Source of the DNA: Bigelowiella natans CCMP2755
Taxonomy: Eukaryota; Protista; Cercozoa
DNA length: 43,689 bases
Direction of reading: 5' to 3'
NCBI GenBank assembly: GCA_000320545.1
Contig: ADNK01001432.1
Location: forward strand, 1 to 43,689
The position numbers and the translations under genes are program-made. The notes beneath the pieces are model-generated. The model was given only the letters and a program-made list of their open reading frames with translations, was not told where the DNA came from and did no database searches. Of this stretch, positions 13,997-25,614 are shown piece by piece (the stretch's first letter is position 1; every line of letters begins with the position of its first letter).

Positions 13997-14858
13997 GACC
14001 TTAGAGTTGCATTAAGCAATCTCTTCGGAAGGCGGCATGACGCCGTAGAATTAATCTGAACTTTCAACATATTTTGCTATTTCAAGCTGCTTAGAACGGC
14101 ATGTTGTTTTACAGCAGGAAATGAGGAGTACCCTATTTTTCAAATCGAGAGTGATGACAAAATCTCATCTTGCAGGTGTACCTTTGAAATTGCAAAATCT
14201 TCCTTTGCTGGAATGTGAGGAAAATGCTTACATTTTAATTGGACTACACGCATTTTGGTCAATTTTTCATCTAAATGTCGTTCAACCCATGCAGAAACGA
14301 AGATAACTGGCGAAAAACGCCCTTTCCATCGAGAAACCGATCGTTCATTTTGGCGGGTGCGTCTGAACAGTTTTCGCGCCATGCAATGGACACGTTCTGC
14401 ATTTTTGACGGCCACCAAATTTTTGCTTGCGTAGACATACCGGTAATGAAAAAGTGAAAAAGTCAAGTAATCATCGAAGATAGCTAGGATACGACATCAT
14501 GAATTCCATGTCTTAGGTACTTTATCAATGCTCAGATATTTTATATTTTTAGTGGACTTGCAGGAAGAGGGAAATCCAAAAAAGAACTCAAAAAGTATTG
14601 TCGTATAGATTAAAGGGAGATAATTTATTGCAGTCGTCAATTCGAGTGGTTTTGTACCGGTGCTGAAACCACCCTTGAACACACAAACCGTTCAGGTTGC
14701 CAGACGCACACCGCTGCCCACCCTCTGCCTATTTTGAAACCCACAAACCACTCAATTCGAGAATTTCGAAACCTACCTTATGACAAACAAAATCTTCCTT
14801 GATTTTTAATTATTGAATCTTATTCCTGTATTGCATTACACAGAAACTACCGAATATC

Positions 14859-15095
14859 ATGTCTTTCGTTCCTCATCTCGTCGCCCTAACGTTCGAACCT
14901 AAGGACATTCTGGGCTACATTGAGCCTCAAATGTCCACGGCTTTCGAAAAAGTACAGCCGTTACTTAATGATCTCCCGATCGCTGTACCATCTATCACTC
15001 CTATCGAGTCGCTCCTGGTCGTCCTCATCATCGCTTACGTCTGCCACACTCTTGCTGGTAGGCAATAATAGTTTCATTTCCACTGTCGGATGGCG

Positions 15096-15191
<96 letters not shown>

Positions 15192-15919
15192 AATAAATAA
15201 AGGCAACCTGTGTAGAAACCTATAGCGGAACTAAATAATCGATGTGCGGTCGATAATTCTCGCCCTAAATCTCGTGTATGCTTTCAGTTTTCCCAACGGC
15301 AATTGCTGCTGGAGGCTTGGACAATACTGATCCCCGAGGAATGGCAGCAAAGGCTAAAAAGAAGAAGAGCTTCTTCAGCCGCCTCTCCAGTTATCTACTC
15401 GGCGCACACTACAACACCCTTGAAAGCTTTATGGTCTATGCTGTAGGGGTAATAATTTTGATTGATTCATCTAGACATAGCTCGAATTTCTGCGTAAGTT
15501 TTTGTATTCTTTCGATGCGTAGCAAGCAGAATGTTTGTTATCTTTATCTTGTGTTGTTGGTTCACTTTTATTTAATACTAAGAGAGAGAGAGAGGGGGGG
15601 GGGGGAGGGGAGCATTGTTGATAAAGTTGAATGTAAGGCGAAAAGAGATTAGGGCGATAATATTTTATCATTTTATCATCTTACTCCCAATGACAAATTA
15701 TGTCAGGTGATTCTGTGCACTGTAACCGAAGTTGATAAGGATATCTTCCAGAAAATTTGCCACCTTTACGTTATAACTCGCGTGGCATTCTGCGTGGCCT
15801 ATGCTGCTCAGATCATCCCCCTCTTATCTGTGCCAATCTCCCTCGTCCGTTCCTCTTTTTATTTCAGCAACACTATCTGCGCGTGCATGCTTCTGAAGCT
15901 TGCTGCCATGCAGAAGTAG
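14859..15919 (+). CDS. MAPEG-family membrane protein (3 exons)
   Basis: Spliced protein has the MAPEG pattern: TM1, then DNTDPR, GAHYNTLESF, LYVITRVAFCVAY, LVRSSFYF. Four hydrophobic helices. Confidence 0.8.
15098..15188. repeat. (CA)n(TA)n microsatellite in MAPEG intron 1
   Basis: Directly visible. Confidence 0.95.
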
Positions 15920-17122
15920 GAGTAGTGGGCACTTATTGCGGTGGCAAACTAGTATACAATAGATCTGAGAATAGTTTCAATCGTAGGGATTCTTATTAGT
16001 TGAATAACTCAATTTCGATGCAGTTGCTGTACGTACAATTATATTTTCCCAGCGAAAATTACAAAACATTGCTACATTTAAAGGTTTAGGACCACCTATC
16101 TAGATATATACTACGTAATACATAGAACCTTAAATTCATACGATTCAATTTCAGTATGATGAAGCATGCATTGATGGCCCATGGCGTGGTGTTTCCTGGC
16201 GGCCGGCGTGCTACTTAACTTATTTATATGTGTTATATGTGCACAACATCTAGCTATATAGAAAGAGGTATGTAAGTTGCTGGCGCGCCGCGCGTTGAGA
16301 CCAGCATCGTAACATCGTAACGAGCGTCACGCAGCCAGTGTGCTTGCGGTGTTCAATGAGTTGTGCACATGCAACTCTCACATGCGTACGCACATGCGAT
16401 TCTCGTCACTGCTACGCACGTACATCGCATTGCTCGATCTATCTGCTGTGTCTATGTGATGGTGTACTTATTATATTTTAGTGTAGCTAGCGTGGACATG
16501 TACGCTATGTACGTACGCGTACGCGTACGATATACACAAGAGTACGTAGTTTCATGCCTCTATCGCAACGTGCATTATGAATGCACACATCACTGCTAGC
16601 CACATACCTGTGCATGCAGCATGGCCACTGCATTGCATATGCTGTGCTAGCTGTAGCTAGCTAGCTAGTATATACATCCACACCGCCATTATTATTCATT
16701 ATGAAAGTACTGTAGTAGCCGCTGCATTGTACAGCTACGTTAAGATGACTATATATTGAAAAGATTAAATTAATGCATTACTTCTGTCTCATATATTGAT
16801 CGGCGTACATTATCATTGATCGCCGCTGTGCGTACGTGGCTGCTCTGCGATGCGTACGACGAATACGCAGGATACGTGCGGCTATGTATATAATGTCATT
16901 ATATCCGTACGTCTTAAAAATCATATATATGCGTACACATTCATCACAGCTAGCGTACACAACACGGCTTTGTTGACCTATAATATAATAAATTGCACTA
17001 ATTGTTGCTCTTACAAATCGCTCCCGAAATTTAACATAGCTGGTGACGTTGGGGGGGGTGAGTCCGCCCTATCAGCCAGGGAGCCCCTCAAGACAAATGG
17101 CATGCTTCGTTACTCTTTGTTC

Positions 17123-18632
17123 TCAGATGTCATCATCGGAATCGTTTGCAAGATTACATCCCGACGGCAGGGCAAAACTGTTTTCTTCCACGGCACCCAA
17201 CCCTAATATTTCATTGGGGACGGACAATCTTTTTTCACCAGTCTCATGGTTGTAGAAACACGGAGCGCCATTCTCACTGTAGTGCATTGCCCAGGTTATG
17301 GCACCTTCAGGAGGGGTTTCATAGCAAGGTTTCGGTGTTGCCTTGGTTTCATTCTTGCCATTGTCGTTGGAATTTTCTGGATCGTCCTTTTTGTATTGAT
17401 ATAATTAATTCGGAAAGAAATGTTTGTCACATTCAAGTACCTGGTCCAGAATGGTTCCTAATATAGCAGCAACTTTCTGCGGATCAACAGCGTTAAAATT
17501 TGAGCCGCGGCATACCAATCGAGCCGCCTGTCTCAGCGAAGCCTCTTTTTCTTTCTCCTTCCAGCGCTGGAAACACAGGCAAAGGCACCCCAACTTGCCA
17601 ATCTATTACAAGCAAAATTAGTTCCCGATGTATCACTGATACTAACTATCCTACCATCAAAATAATGACGCAGACAAGTACAACGAGCTTCGCTTGCCAA
17701 TTCGTTTCCGGCAACTGATGGTAGACGTTTACAAACACGTCGTAGAGGCTGAGCATCTCCAGTGTCTTCATTTCGATCCCTGTAAGGTACAACCATCAAA
17801 AACTTACCCTGGAGGATTAGGGGAGGAGAATAGGAATAGAACCAGGAGGCTAATGTAAACTAGTATATGTAATAACAATCTAAGAGAAGCAGGTATGTCA
17901 AGGGTGATTATGTAGTAGGCAACTGTTCTCTCGATACGTCTCTGCCGAACCGAGCTGTAGTTTCAGGGTGTTAGTTTTAGGGTCTGTCCTACCTGATGCT
18001 ACCATATTCGCGTCAGAAATAACATGAGCAAATGCTCCCGCGGGATCAGTCATTTCTGTTTTCCCATGGAAGGTTGCTCCGGAGTTCTCATCGACTCCAG
18101 GTTCCATCTTCATTTGAGTTTCTGCTTTTCTCCCATTATTCCGCGGCTCTGTGACTAAATTTGGAGCCGCCTCTGGAATCTTCGACGCACCAGAATTGAA
18201 AGACGTTTCAGATTCAATTTTATCTCCTTGTAATACATATGAATCTGTTTGCAGAAAGGACATTGCCGAAACATTGGGCTTTGTTGTGCCATTAATTAAA
18301 GTAAAGGAGGGAGTTAATGGGCCGTCTTGTATTTTTCCAGATGGTTTTCCGGCATTTATCTGTACGAGATGAGCACTTTAGTACAGTATGCGTGATATTT
18401 CAGTTTTGTTATTGCACACAGGTACCTTTATCGATCTTTTTTTATACCCTTTTCTTTCTGCTCTCCTTTTCAATACATTCGCGTCTTGGCCTCTCAGTTG
18501 AGATTTTGCTTCCGGACTCAGAGTAGAATTTGGAATTGCATGAAAAGAGAGATCCAAATTCGATTTCTGCGTTTGTAGCGAGGTCGCGAGACATGCGAAT
18601 ATTGCTACAAGCAGCGCAAGCTTAAAACGCAT
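17123..18632 (-). CDS. Type I single-pass membrane protein of unknown function; multi-exon
   Basis: Signal peptide MRFKLALLVAIFACLATS; low-complexity ectodomain (17898-18350); TM AKLVVLVCVIILM/IGKLGCLCLCF followed by charged QRWKEKEK; probable end ..ANDSDDDI* near 17123. Confidence 0.6.
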
Positions 18633-19278
18633 TCTAGTGACCTGCCCCCAGCACTACCTAAGATGCATTCTATCAGAGATTCTCGATGGGGCTAAATTTT
18701 GAAATATAAGAGTGAATCCCTCCTTGCATGTCTGTAGATGTGGATTTTAAATCCTCAATAATATGAGAGTGGACTTTTTTCCAGTACCTCACTCAGCTGT
18801 TGCCAGTGGGGGGCGGATGGGTTTCTCCGGTTTGAAATCTTGCATAATCGAGCTGTAATTTCCGACGGAAATGCGCTTTCACGTACGTCTTAGGGTCAAA
18901 ACCGCATGGATGCTCCACCGAATGTAAGGTACCGACATTGTCTACGTCAAAAAAACCCCGCTGGTATCGGAAACACTGATCGAAATAGCAGGTCGAGAAG
19001 AACATACGTCATAGGTTTTATGTGCGAGACAACCGAAACATATCCTTTTTATGAAGAATTAAATTGGCAATATATTTATCTATCGCGACAACAATCTGCG
19101 GATGTCGTTTACCGTTTGACAAGTCAGATTCCACTGGATGGCTGATCAAGGGAGGGGTACACTGCTACACCACCACCACCCGGAACGTTTCTGAATGCCT
19201 ACTTGACCTAACTCGCATGATGGTGATAGGAAACTAACTCTTCCCCCGTGCTTGTTGCAAAGGTCAAGCGACACTACA

Positions 19279-22236
19279 ATGGAGTATCGGCGCTCCGAAC
19301 AATTGCTGTCTTGCCCAGGATATTTAGGGTGCACTGAGGCTGGCAACACGCAACGATTGACACATCGTAGCTCCCAAAGGAGACCTAGGACTTATCACGC
19401 GATTGGATTATTGATCGCATTTGCCTTCCTTTTTTTCTTCAAGTCAGTTGATCGAATTGACTTATCACCCCCTAATGGACAAGCACCGCGCTTAGCAATC
19501 GCGCCTGTGCATCATCATCATCTCGGTCCGAGGAGCATCCCGCTAGCTTTGAGACGGCAATCTGGTCCCGGGTTTAAAGTAGATATTGGTAAATTTGCAA
19601 GTCATTTTAATCGTATAAAGCTACACAATTTTCCGAGCAGTACTGGCGTCGTTCCCCCTGTGATGGAAAGGAAAAACAACTTAATAATAGCGCCAAATGC
19701 AAATGCCAAAGGCGCACCAGATTCCGAAGTGCCCGGTGAAGACGAGATAAACGAGAAACTAGAAATTGTCGATGTTACAGAAGAGCTATCTTCATCTTTT
19801 ATGCGGTACGCGATGATGACGATACTCTCCCGAGCTCTTCCGGATATGCGTGACGGCCTGAAGCCGGTCCATCGCCGCATATTATATGCAATGCATAAGC
19901 TCGGGCTGCAGCCTGACACACCGTTTAGGAAATGCGCACGTGTCGTTGGCGAGGTATTAGGTAAGTATCACCCGCACGGGGATGTGGCAGTGTACGATGC
20001 AATGGTCCGCATGGCTCAGGACTTCGTCATGTCGAAAACTCTTGTTAACGGGCATGGAAACTTTGGCAGCATGGACAATGACCCCCCTGCAGCAATGCGC
20101 TACACTGAAGCAAAACTTTCCGCCTTTAGCCGAGATTCTCTGCTTCTAGATATTGCAAAGGATACTGTTGATTTTCTTCCCAACTTTGATGAGAGCGAGA
20201 CTGAGCCTGTAGTCCTGCCAGCTCGCGTACCGATTCTTCTGTTGAACGGGGCAAGTGGGATCGCTGTGGGAATGGCGACAAACATACCACCACACAACCT
20301 GGGGGAGCTTGTAGATGGGACGATAGCACTTATAAAGAACCCAAATCTCCCTGAGCCGGAGCTCCTGGAATTGGTGCCTGGGCCCGATTTTCCAACCGGA
20401 GGTGTTATTGTCGGCTCTGACGGCATCTCAAAACTCTATACGACCGGCCATGGATCGGTTGTGGTTCGAGCTGTAATCAACGAAGAAACTATAGAGCTGG
20501 CAAATGGCAGGTCTCGAACGGCGCTTGTCATTTCGGAGCTTCCGTACCTTTCCAATAAAGCTGGGATTGTTGAGAAGATTGCGAAGCTTTGTGACGATAA
20601 GAAGCTGGAGGGGGTATCTAGCATCCGCGATGAATCTGACAGTGAAGGCATGCGCATTGTGCTAGAGCTCAAGAATGACGCTGTGCCCTCAGTTGTGACC
20701 TCAAACCTTTACCAAAAAACCTCTCTACAAACGTCGTTCGCGGGAAACTTTGTTGGTGTGGGAAGCAATGGGCTGGAGCCTATCCGCTTCAATCTTAAAC
20801 AAGCGCTGTTAGAATTCATCAACTTCCGCCATGCCACAATACGTCGAAGGGCCTCTTTCGAGCTTAGCAAAGAGGAGACGCGCGCACATCTCGTGGAGGG
20901 TATGCTCTTGGTGCGCAAGTCAATCGACAAGGTAGTGGATCTCATTATGAAGAGCAAAAACTCAACGGTCGCAAAAGAGGCCCTAATGGCTCCGACCTAT
21001 AATCTTAGCAGCGTACAAGCAGATGCTGTGCTAGCTATGCGCCTTAGCCAACTGACTGGAATGGAAGAGGAAAAGCTGCGCAATGAATATAAACAGCTGC
21101 AAGAGCGGATCGCTGAGCTAAGAGGCTTGCTTGATGACGACACTCAGGTCTCCGCAATGATGCGCAAAGAATTAGAAGAGATAAAATCTAAGCATGCGGT
21201 AGCGAGGAGGACCATGATAGACGAGAATGTCTCAAGCGAATTACATGACGAGACTCGTCACCCGAAAGAACAGGTTGCTGTCATAACCACTCGCAACGGG
21301 TACGTGAAGCGAATGAAGGTGTCCGAGTTTCAATCTCAGAACAGAGGAACAAGCGGCAAAGCCGGCACTCGTCTCTCAGACGGCGACGCTGTGGAGCACT
21401 TCTTTACATGCAGCAGTCATGATACGGTGCTCTTTATCAGCGAGAAAGGAGTTGCGCATACCCGTCGCGCATACGAGATTCCATACGCCTCCCGTATCGC
21501 AAGGGGTACACCCCTTCAGCAGATTCTACCCATCACACCCCAGGATCGCATTAGTGGAATCGTCCCTGTCACTGACTTCAACTGTGATTTAGATTTGATA
21601 ATGCTGACGAGGAAGGGATGGGTCAAGAAGACTCCTCTCAAGGCCTTCTCTCGCATCACAGCAAGAGGGCTGGTTGCCATTAACATCGAGGAGGGGGACC
21701 GTCTTCTAAATGTACACACGTGTTTGGATACTGATTCTATCATTATCGGTACACGTAATGGTTTGTCCCTTCGCTTTAATACCTCCGAACTGCGGCCGAC
21801 GGGAAGGGCTTCACGAGGAGTGACTGCGATTGCACTGAAGGGGGGTGATGAGTTGGTGGATATGGACGTTATTCCTGCCACTAGGGACACTAGTTATCTT
21901 CTCGTTGTCACTAGTGGTGGGTACGGAAAGCGGGTCCAGTTGGACGAATTTAGGGTACAGAAACGGGGCGGTGTAGGCGTGATCGCCATGAAATTCAAGG
22001 CGCAAAAAGCTGGAGAGCCATCAGACACACTGGCAAGCATGCGCGCGTGTGAGGATGGAAACGAAGTAATGCTGATCACCGGACAAGGGACCCTAGTTCG
22101 ACTTCGGGCTGACCAAATATCGTTACAAAAACGATCTGCAACAGGAGTTCTTGTGCAACGATTTGATGGCGAAAATTTTCTTCAAAGTGCAGCCATAGTA
22201 CCAAAAGAATTTGAAGAATCTCCCGCACTTTCCTAG
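19279..22236 (+). CDS. gyrA: Nucleus-encoded organellar DNA gyrase subunit A, intronless, with N-terminal targeting extension
   Basis: [42 protein letters not shown] (catalytic Tyr), [22 protein letters not shown], GyrA-box-like QNRGTSG and six CTD beta-pinwheel repeats. About 150-aa leader with [14 protein letters not shown]. Confidence 0.97.
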   Translation: MEYRRSEQLLSCPGYLGCTEAGNTQRLTHRSSQRRPRTYHAIGLLIAFAFLFFFKSVDRIDLSPPNGQAPRLAIAPVHHHHLGPRSIPLALRRQSGPGFKVDIGKFASHFNRIKLHNFPSSTGVVPPVMERKNNLIIAPNANAKGAPDSEVPGEDEINEKLEIVDVTEELSSSFMRYAMMTILSRALPDMRDGLKPVHRRILYAMHKLGLQPDTPFRKCARVVGEVLGKYHPHGDVAVYDAMVRMAQDFVMSKTLVNGHGNFGSMDNDPPAAMRYTEAKLSAFSRDSLLLDIAKDTVDFLPNFDESETEPVVLPARVPILLLNGASGIAVGMATNIPPHNLGELVDGTIALIKNPNLPEPELLELVPGPDFPTGGVIVGSDGISKLYTTGHGSVVVRAVINEETIELANGRSRTALVISELPYLSNKAGIVEKIAKLCDDKKLEGVSSIRDESDSEGMRIVLELKNDAVPSVVTSNLYQKTSLQTSFAGNFVGVGSNGLEPIRFNLKQALLEFINFRHATIRRRASFELSKEETRAHLVEGMLLVRKSIDKVVDLIMKSKNSTVAKEALMAPTYNLSSVQADAVLAMRLSQLTGMEEEKLRNEYKQLQERIAELRGLLDDDTQVSAMMRKELEEIKSKHAVARRTMIDENVSSELHDETRHPKEQVAVITTRNGYVKRMKVSEFQSQNRGTSGKAGTRLSDGDAVEHFFTCSSHDTVLFISEKGVAHTRRAYEIPYASRIARGTPLQQILPITPQDRISGIVPVTDFNCDLDLIMLTRKGWVKKTPLKAFSRITARGLVAINIEEGDRLLNVHTCLDTDSIIIGTRNGLSLRFNTSELRPTGRASRGVTAIALKGGDELVDMDVIPATRDTSYLLVVTSGGYGKRVQLDEFRVQKRGGVGVIAMKFKAQKAGEPSDTLASMRACEDGNEVMLITGQGTLVRLRADQISLQKRSATGVLVQRFDGENFLQSAAIVPKEFEESPALS

Positions 22237-22499
22237 CCTTTTTCAAGCATGCGGACCCGTCATTGGGTTTCATTAAGTGTGTTGTTCTTTTTGGTACAAG
22301 TAAATGAAACGGACCATTGAGACGTGCTCACACAACGATCCACAGCATTTCCATGAAAATGCAAGGTTCGATCACACGTAACATGGCGGTCTGCATAAAA
22401 TCTTGCTGCATCGCGCATCGCACACACGCATGTGCACGTCTGTGACGTGCACGCTGCGCATTGAATCTTTCCACTTGCTTTCATGACGTTGAGTGTCCC

Positions 22500-23300
22500 T
22501 CACTGTGCAATCTAGCAAGTGTGTCTAGCGTGATATAGTGAGTCTCAGCACTGCATGCGCGAACAAGTTGAATTTGTTCAATTGTCACCCTGATGTAGCT
22601 GTGCGAAGCAGGGCTGGAGCGGCTGCACTGTCAGCACCAGCAGCGTGACGTGCATGTTGACGCAACGTGCAATGCCATGCTGGAATGCTGGAATGACAGA
22701 ACCAGAGAACTCCAAGCACCCTCATTGAGAACGTTTGACATTGGATGTTGCGCACATTGCAGTGAACCACCATCAAAGCAATGCAGTTGCAGTCTCACCG
22801 AGCAAAAATCACCTTGCGAGAACTTCGAGAACACGAAGCACCAATGCCAGCATGCACCAGACCAGCAAATCAGAGTGATGATCGGGTGAAATGGTTCCAG
22901 GTGAGGTGCAGTTTGTGGCAGCACCAGAAGCGCCAACTCATCCTGTCCACTGCCTCCCCAAAAACCACCGTGGACAAAAATGAGTGGTTTGTTTCGCATC
23001 ACGGGTTCGTCACTTTCACAAGAACGGGCGAGTGAACAAGCAAATTGGATGCACGCATGACAAGTTCACTGAACGTTGAACGCTGAACATCGACTTCGCA
23101 TTAGTGCAGGATGAAAGGGACCCCTTCTGGCTTTCCCATTGAATGAATGGATGAACATGTCGACTTCATTGGAAAAAGGATCATTGGATGAACGTGCACC
23201 AACTCATCCACATCCCTCCATCAGCAAGAATCAGCAAGAAGAACCGGCAGCAAGTTCCACTCTTGAAACGAATAAAAGGATGCCTTTTCTGTACCTGCGA
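22500..23300. pseudogene. TpA-depleted degenerate sequence; possible decayed gene or repeat relic, identity unknown
   Basis: No TA dinucleotide between 22598 and 23101; only short Cys/His-rich frames; occupies the slot where a minus-strand gene would be expected. Confidence 0.35.
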
Positions 23301-23488
23301 CAACAAAGACTAGCGCCGATTCCTGGGACAAATCGCACTTCACAAATGCCAGGCGGCTGAATGCCCACATTCGTAGCTCCGCTGGGAGGTGTAGTGCACA
23401 GCACATAGAGCGCTCGACTGTGACGCCGTCCCGCACTAACTCGCAAAAAAATTAAGTCAGGCGTGCAGTCGCTCGTAGCCTACATCTA

Positions 23489-24038
23489 ATGCTTCCTGCA
23501 GCTACCACTGTCTTCGATTTAGCAGTCTCAGCTGTGGCGCTTGTGGAGATGCTTCTTGCAGGGTGGGCCCTCGCATCCCATGGTGCCTGCTCCATGACGA
23601 AGAAGAGCAATTTTCTATGGTAAGACAAATAAATATCTTCTCATTGCTTTGTACTGACGACTTGACTTTTATTAGGTTGTCAGTAATCATATCAACATGC
23701 TTTATCATCATCGTGCAAGGCTTCCCGCGAGGATATTTTTCAATCCCATGGCGGGTGTGGCTGGTGTTCTTCGTCATAGCAGGGGTTTGTTTATTCAATT
23801 CGATTGATATATTACGTATTCTAACATGCAATATGTCTTTGCTTAGTGCTCAATTTATATTACGGCGTTGTATTACGTCAAATCGGTGGCAGAATCACTG
23901 TATCTTACTATGACCTGGACCGAGGGTTTTCCAAAGCATGCAGAAATCGCCTTTACAGTAGCTCTGTGGGCTTTAATTACCGCGTTCGTCTCCGGGGGAG
24001 TAGGTTGCAATACATTTCCTCTGCTCATGTATAATATA

Positions 24039-24083
<45 letters not shown>

Positions 24084-24849
24084 TTTCCGACCTCCTTACA
24101 TTATCCTTCTGCTATTTCAAACACCAGCGATGCTAGTAACAAACGAGATAAGATGGAACGGCTACATCCTTTTTCCAGTTGTTGTCCTTACACACCTCTG
24201 GTTCACACCGTACATGATGTACGTGATCCTGGCCCTCCACAGAAAAATATCTGAGCACGTGCATACCCTCAGAGATAACTTCTATGGCTATTCAGTGGAC
24301 ACCCCTATCAAGATGACGACTATAAGTGATTCTCAGGATACAAATGGTCTCTCGGGTCAAACTAAAACGGCTGGACAGAACAACCCGATTACTCCTGCAG
24401 GTGGTTCCAGTGAAAGGAAACTCATGAATGTGTCAAACAAAGAGCTCGCGAGCCCCAAGTCAGCTTCTTCCTACCGTAAAAGTTTGAGATCTAGCAACAC
24501 GGGGGGGGGGCACATATCGAACAGCGTACAGAAGAAAAGCTCTAATAGGAAAGAAACTGCACCACATTACCAGACTGCACGAGCACATGAGCTAAAAAAG
24601 TTTCAAACTGCCAAAATGAAAATACGTATAATATTCGTTGTCTGGACACTCTGCGGGATTATTGTTCCGGTTCTAGCAGCCATCAATGCGATCGTCCTTT
24701 CACAGAGCGAAATGACTGTCACAGAGGACTTAGAAAAAAACTTTGCTGAAGGTGAGTTCAATGCCATAATCGTGCTGGTAGAAATTCTAGGCCCTCTTTT
24801 CAACGGGTTAGTGGTATGGAATTTCGGTGGTCCGTGGCGCTGCAGATGA
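23489..24849 (+). CDS. Orphan 7-transmembrane (GPCR-like topology) protein, paralog 1; 4 exons
   Basis: MLPAATTVFDLAVSAVALVEMLLAGW.. / LSVIISTCFIIIVQGFPRGYFSIPWRVWLVFFVIAG / CSIYITALYYV..ALWALITAFVSGGV / AMLVTNEIRWNGYILFP..FNGLVVWNFGGPWRCR*. Seven hydrophobic segments with a long S/T/K-rich loop between the 5th and 6th. Confidence 0.8.
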
Positions 24850-25614
24850 CAGAAACAAAATAGTATATGTACAGGTTGCTTGCTTATTAAAATTTGAATG
24901 ATGGAATGATTCGAATAAAATTATATACAATGCGGTCTTGAAAAGACGAGACATGTAGATTCTTTTCTGTACGCACGCTTCAATGGCCGAAACCTCGCTT
25001 CTGATCTAGTAGTGACGAAATTTATGCGTATCCAACATGATCGACGACGTTGCGCTGATCTGACATAACATCAATCAAGCTTAAGTCTTTACGCTGAGTT
25101 GGACACTTAAGAAGAGACGTATAAAGCGATGAAAGGATACCATCCTCAACTTACTACATGCACATGTGATGTAAGTAATGAATAATTATTAAAACGACAT
25201 GCAGCATACAAATCGCGTGCACTGCACGTCGCAACGAGGAAGTTGTACTTCTATCACGTAATTCCTGTCGATCATGTACAACTTACTAACCCAACAAATG
25301 TTGTCGCCAAACATATGACGGCGTAGATCGAATATGCACATCAAACGCGCGCTGCAAAACAGATTTCGTTCAATTTTACATTTAACATAATAAGTGAATG
25401 CATAACGCTTAATCCAATAACGTAGTACGACCTCAAAAAATAGCACTGCGGTGAATTTTAGATTGGAAATTCAAACTCACATAATAGATACTAAAATTTA
25501 TGATGCTGTGACTCGCATCAGCGACGACAAATTCCACAAACAACTTTTATTTTTCAAAACTACAGCGCCATATTGCCTGGGTACCTGTTTCTATAATTTG
25601 TGTGCAAAGTAACA

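Noticed and set aside
19279-22236. Bacterial contamination as the explanation for intronless gyrA
   Set aside because: It has a eukaryote-type targeting leader, no adjacent gyrB or operon, and is contiguous with spliced genes.
19602-22273. Antisense ORFs over gyrA (likewise over DP and the lipase)
   Set aside because: Shadow frames of real coding sequence.
22631-23002. Minus-strand ORF with PLIFVHGGFW, resembling a carboxylesterase HGG motif
   Set aside because: No GxSxG or other supporting motif. ORFs arise easily here because TAA and TAG stops are absent.
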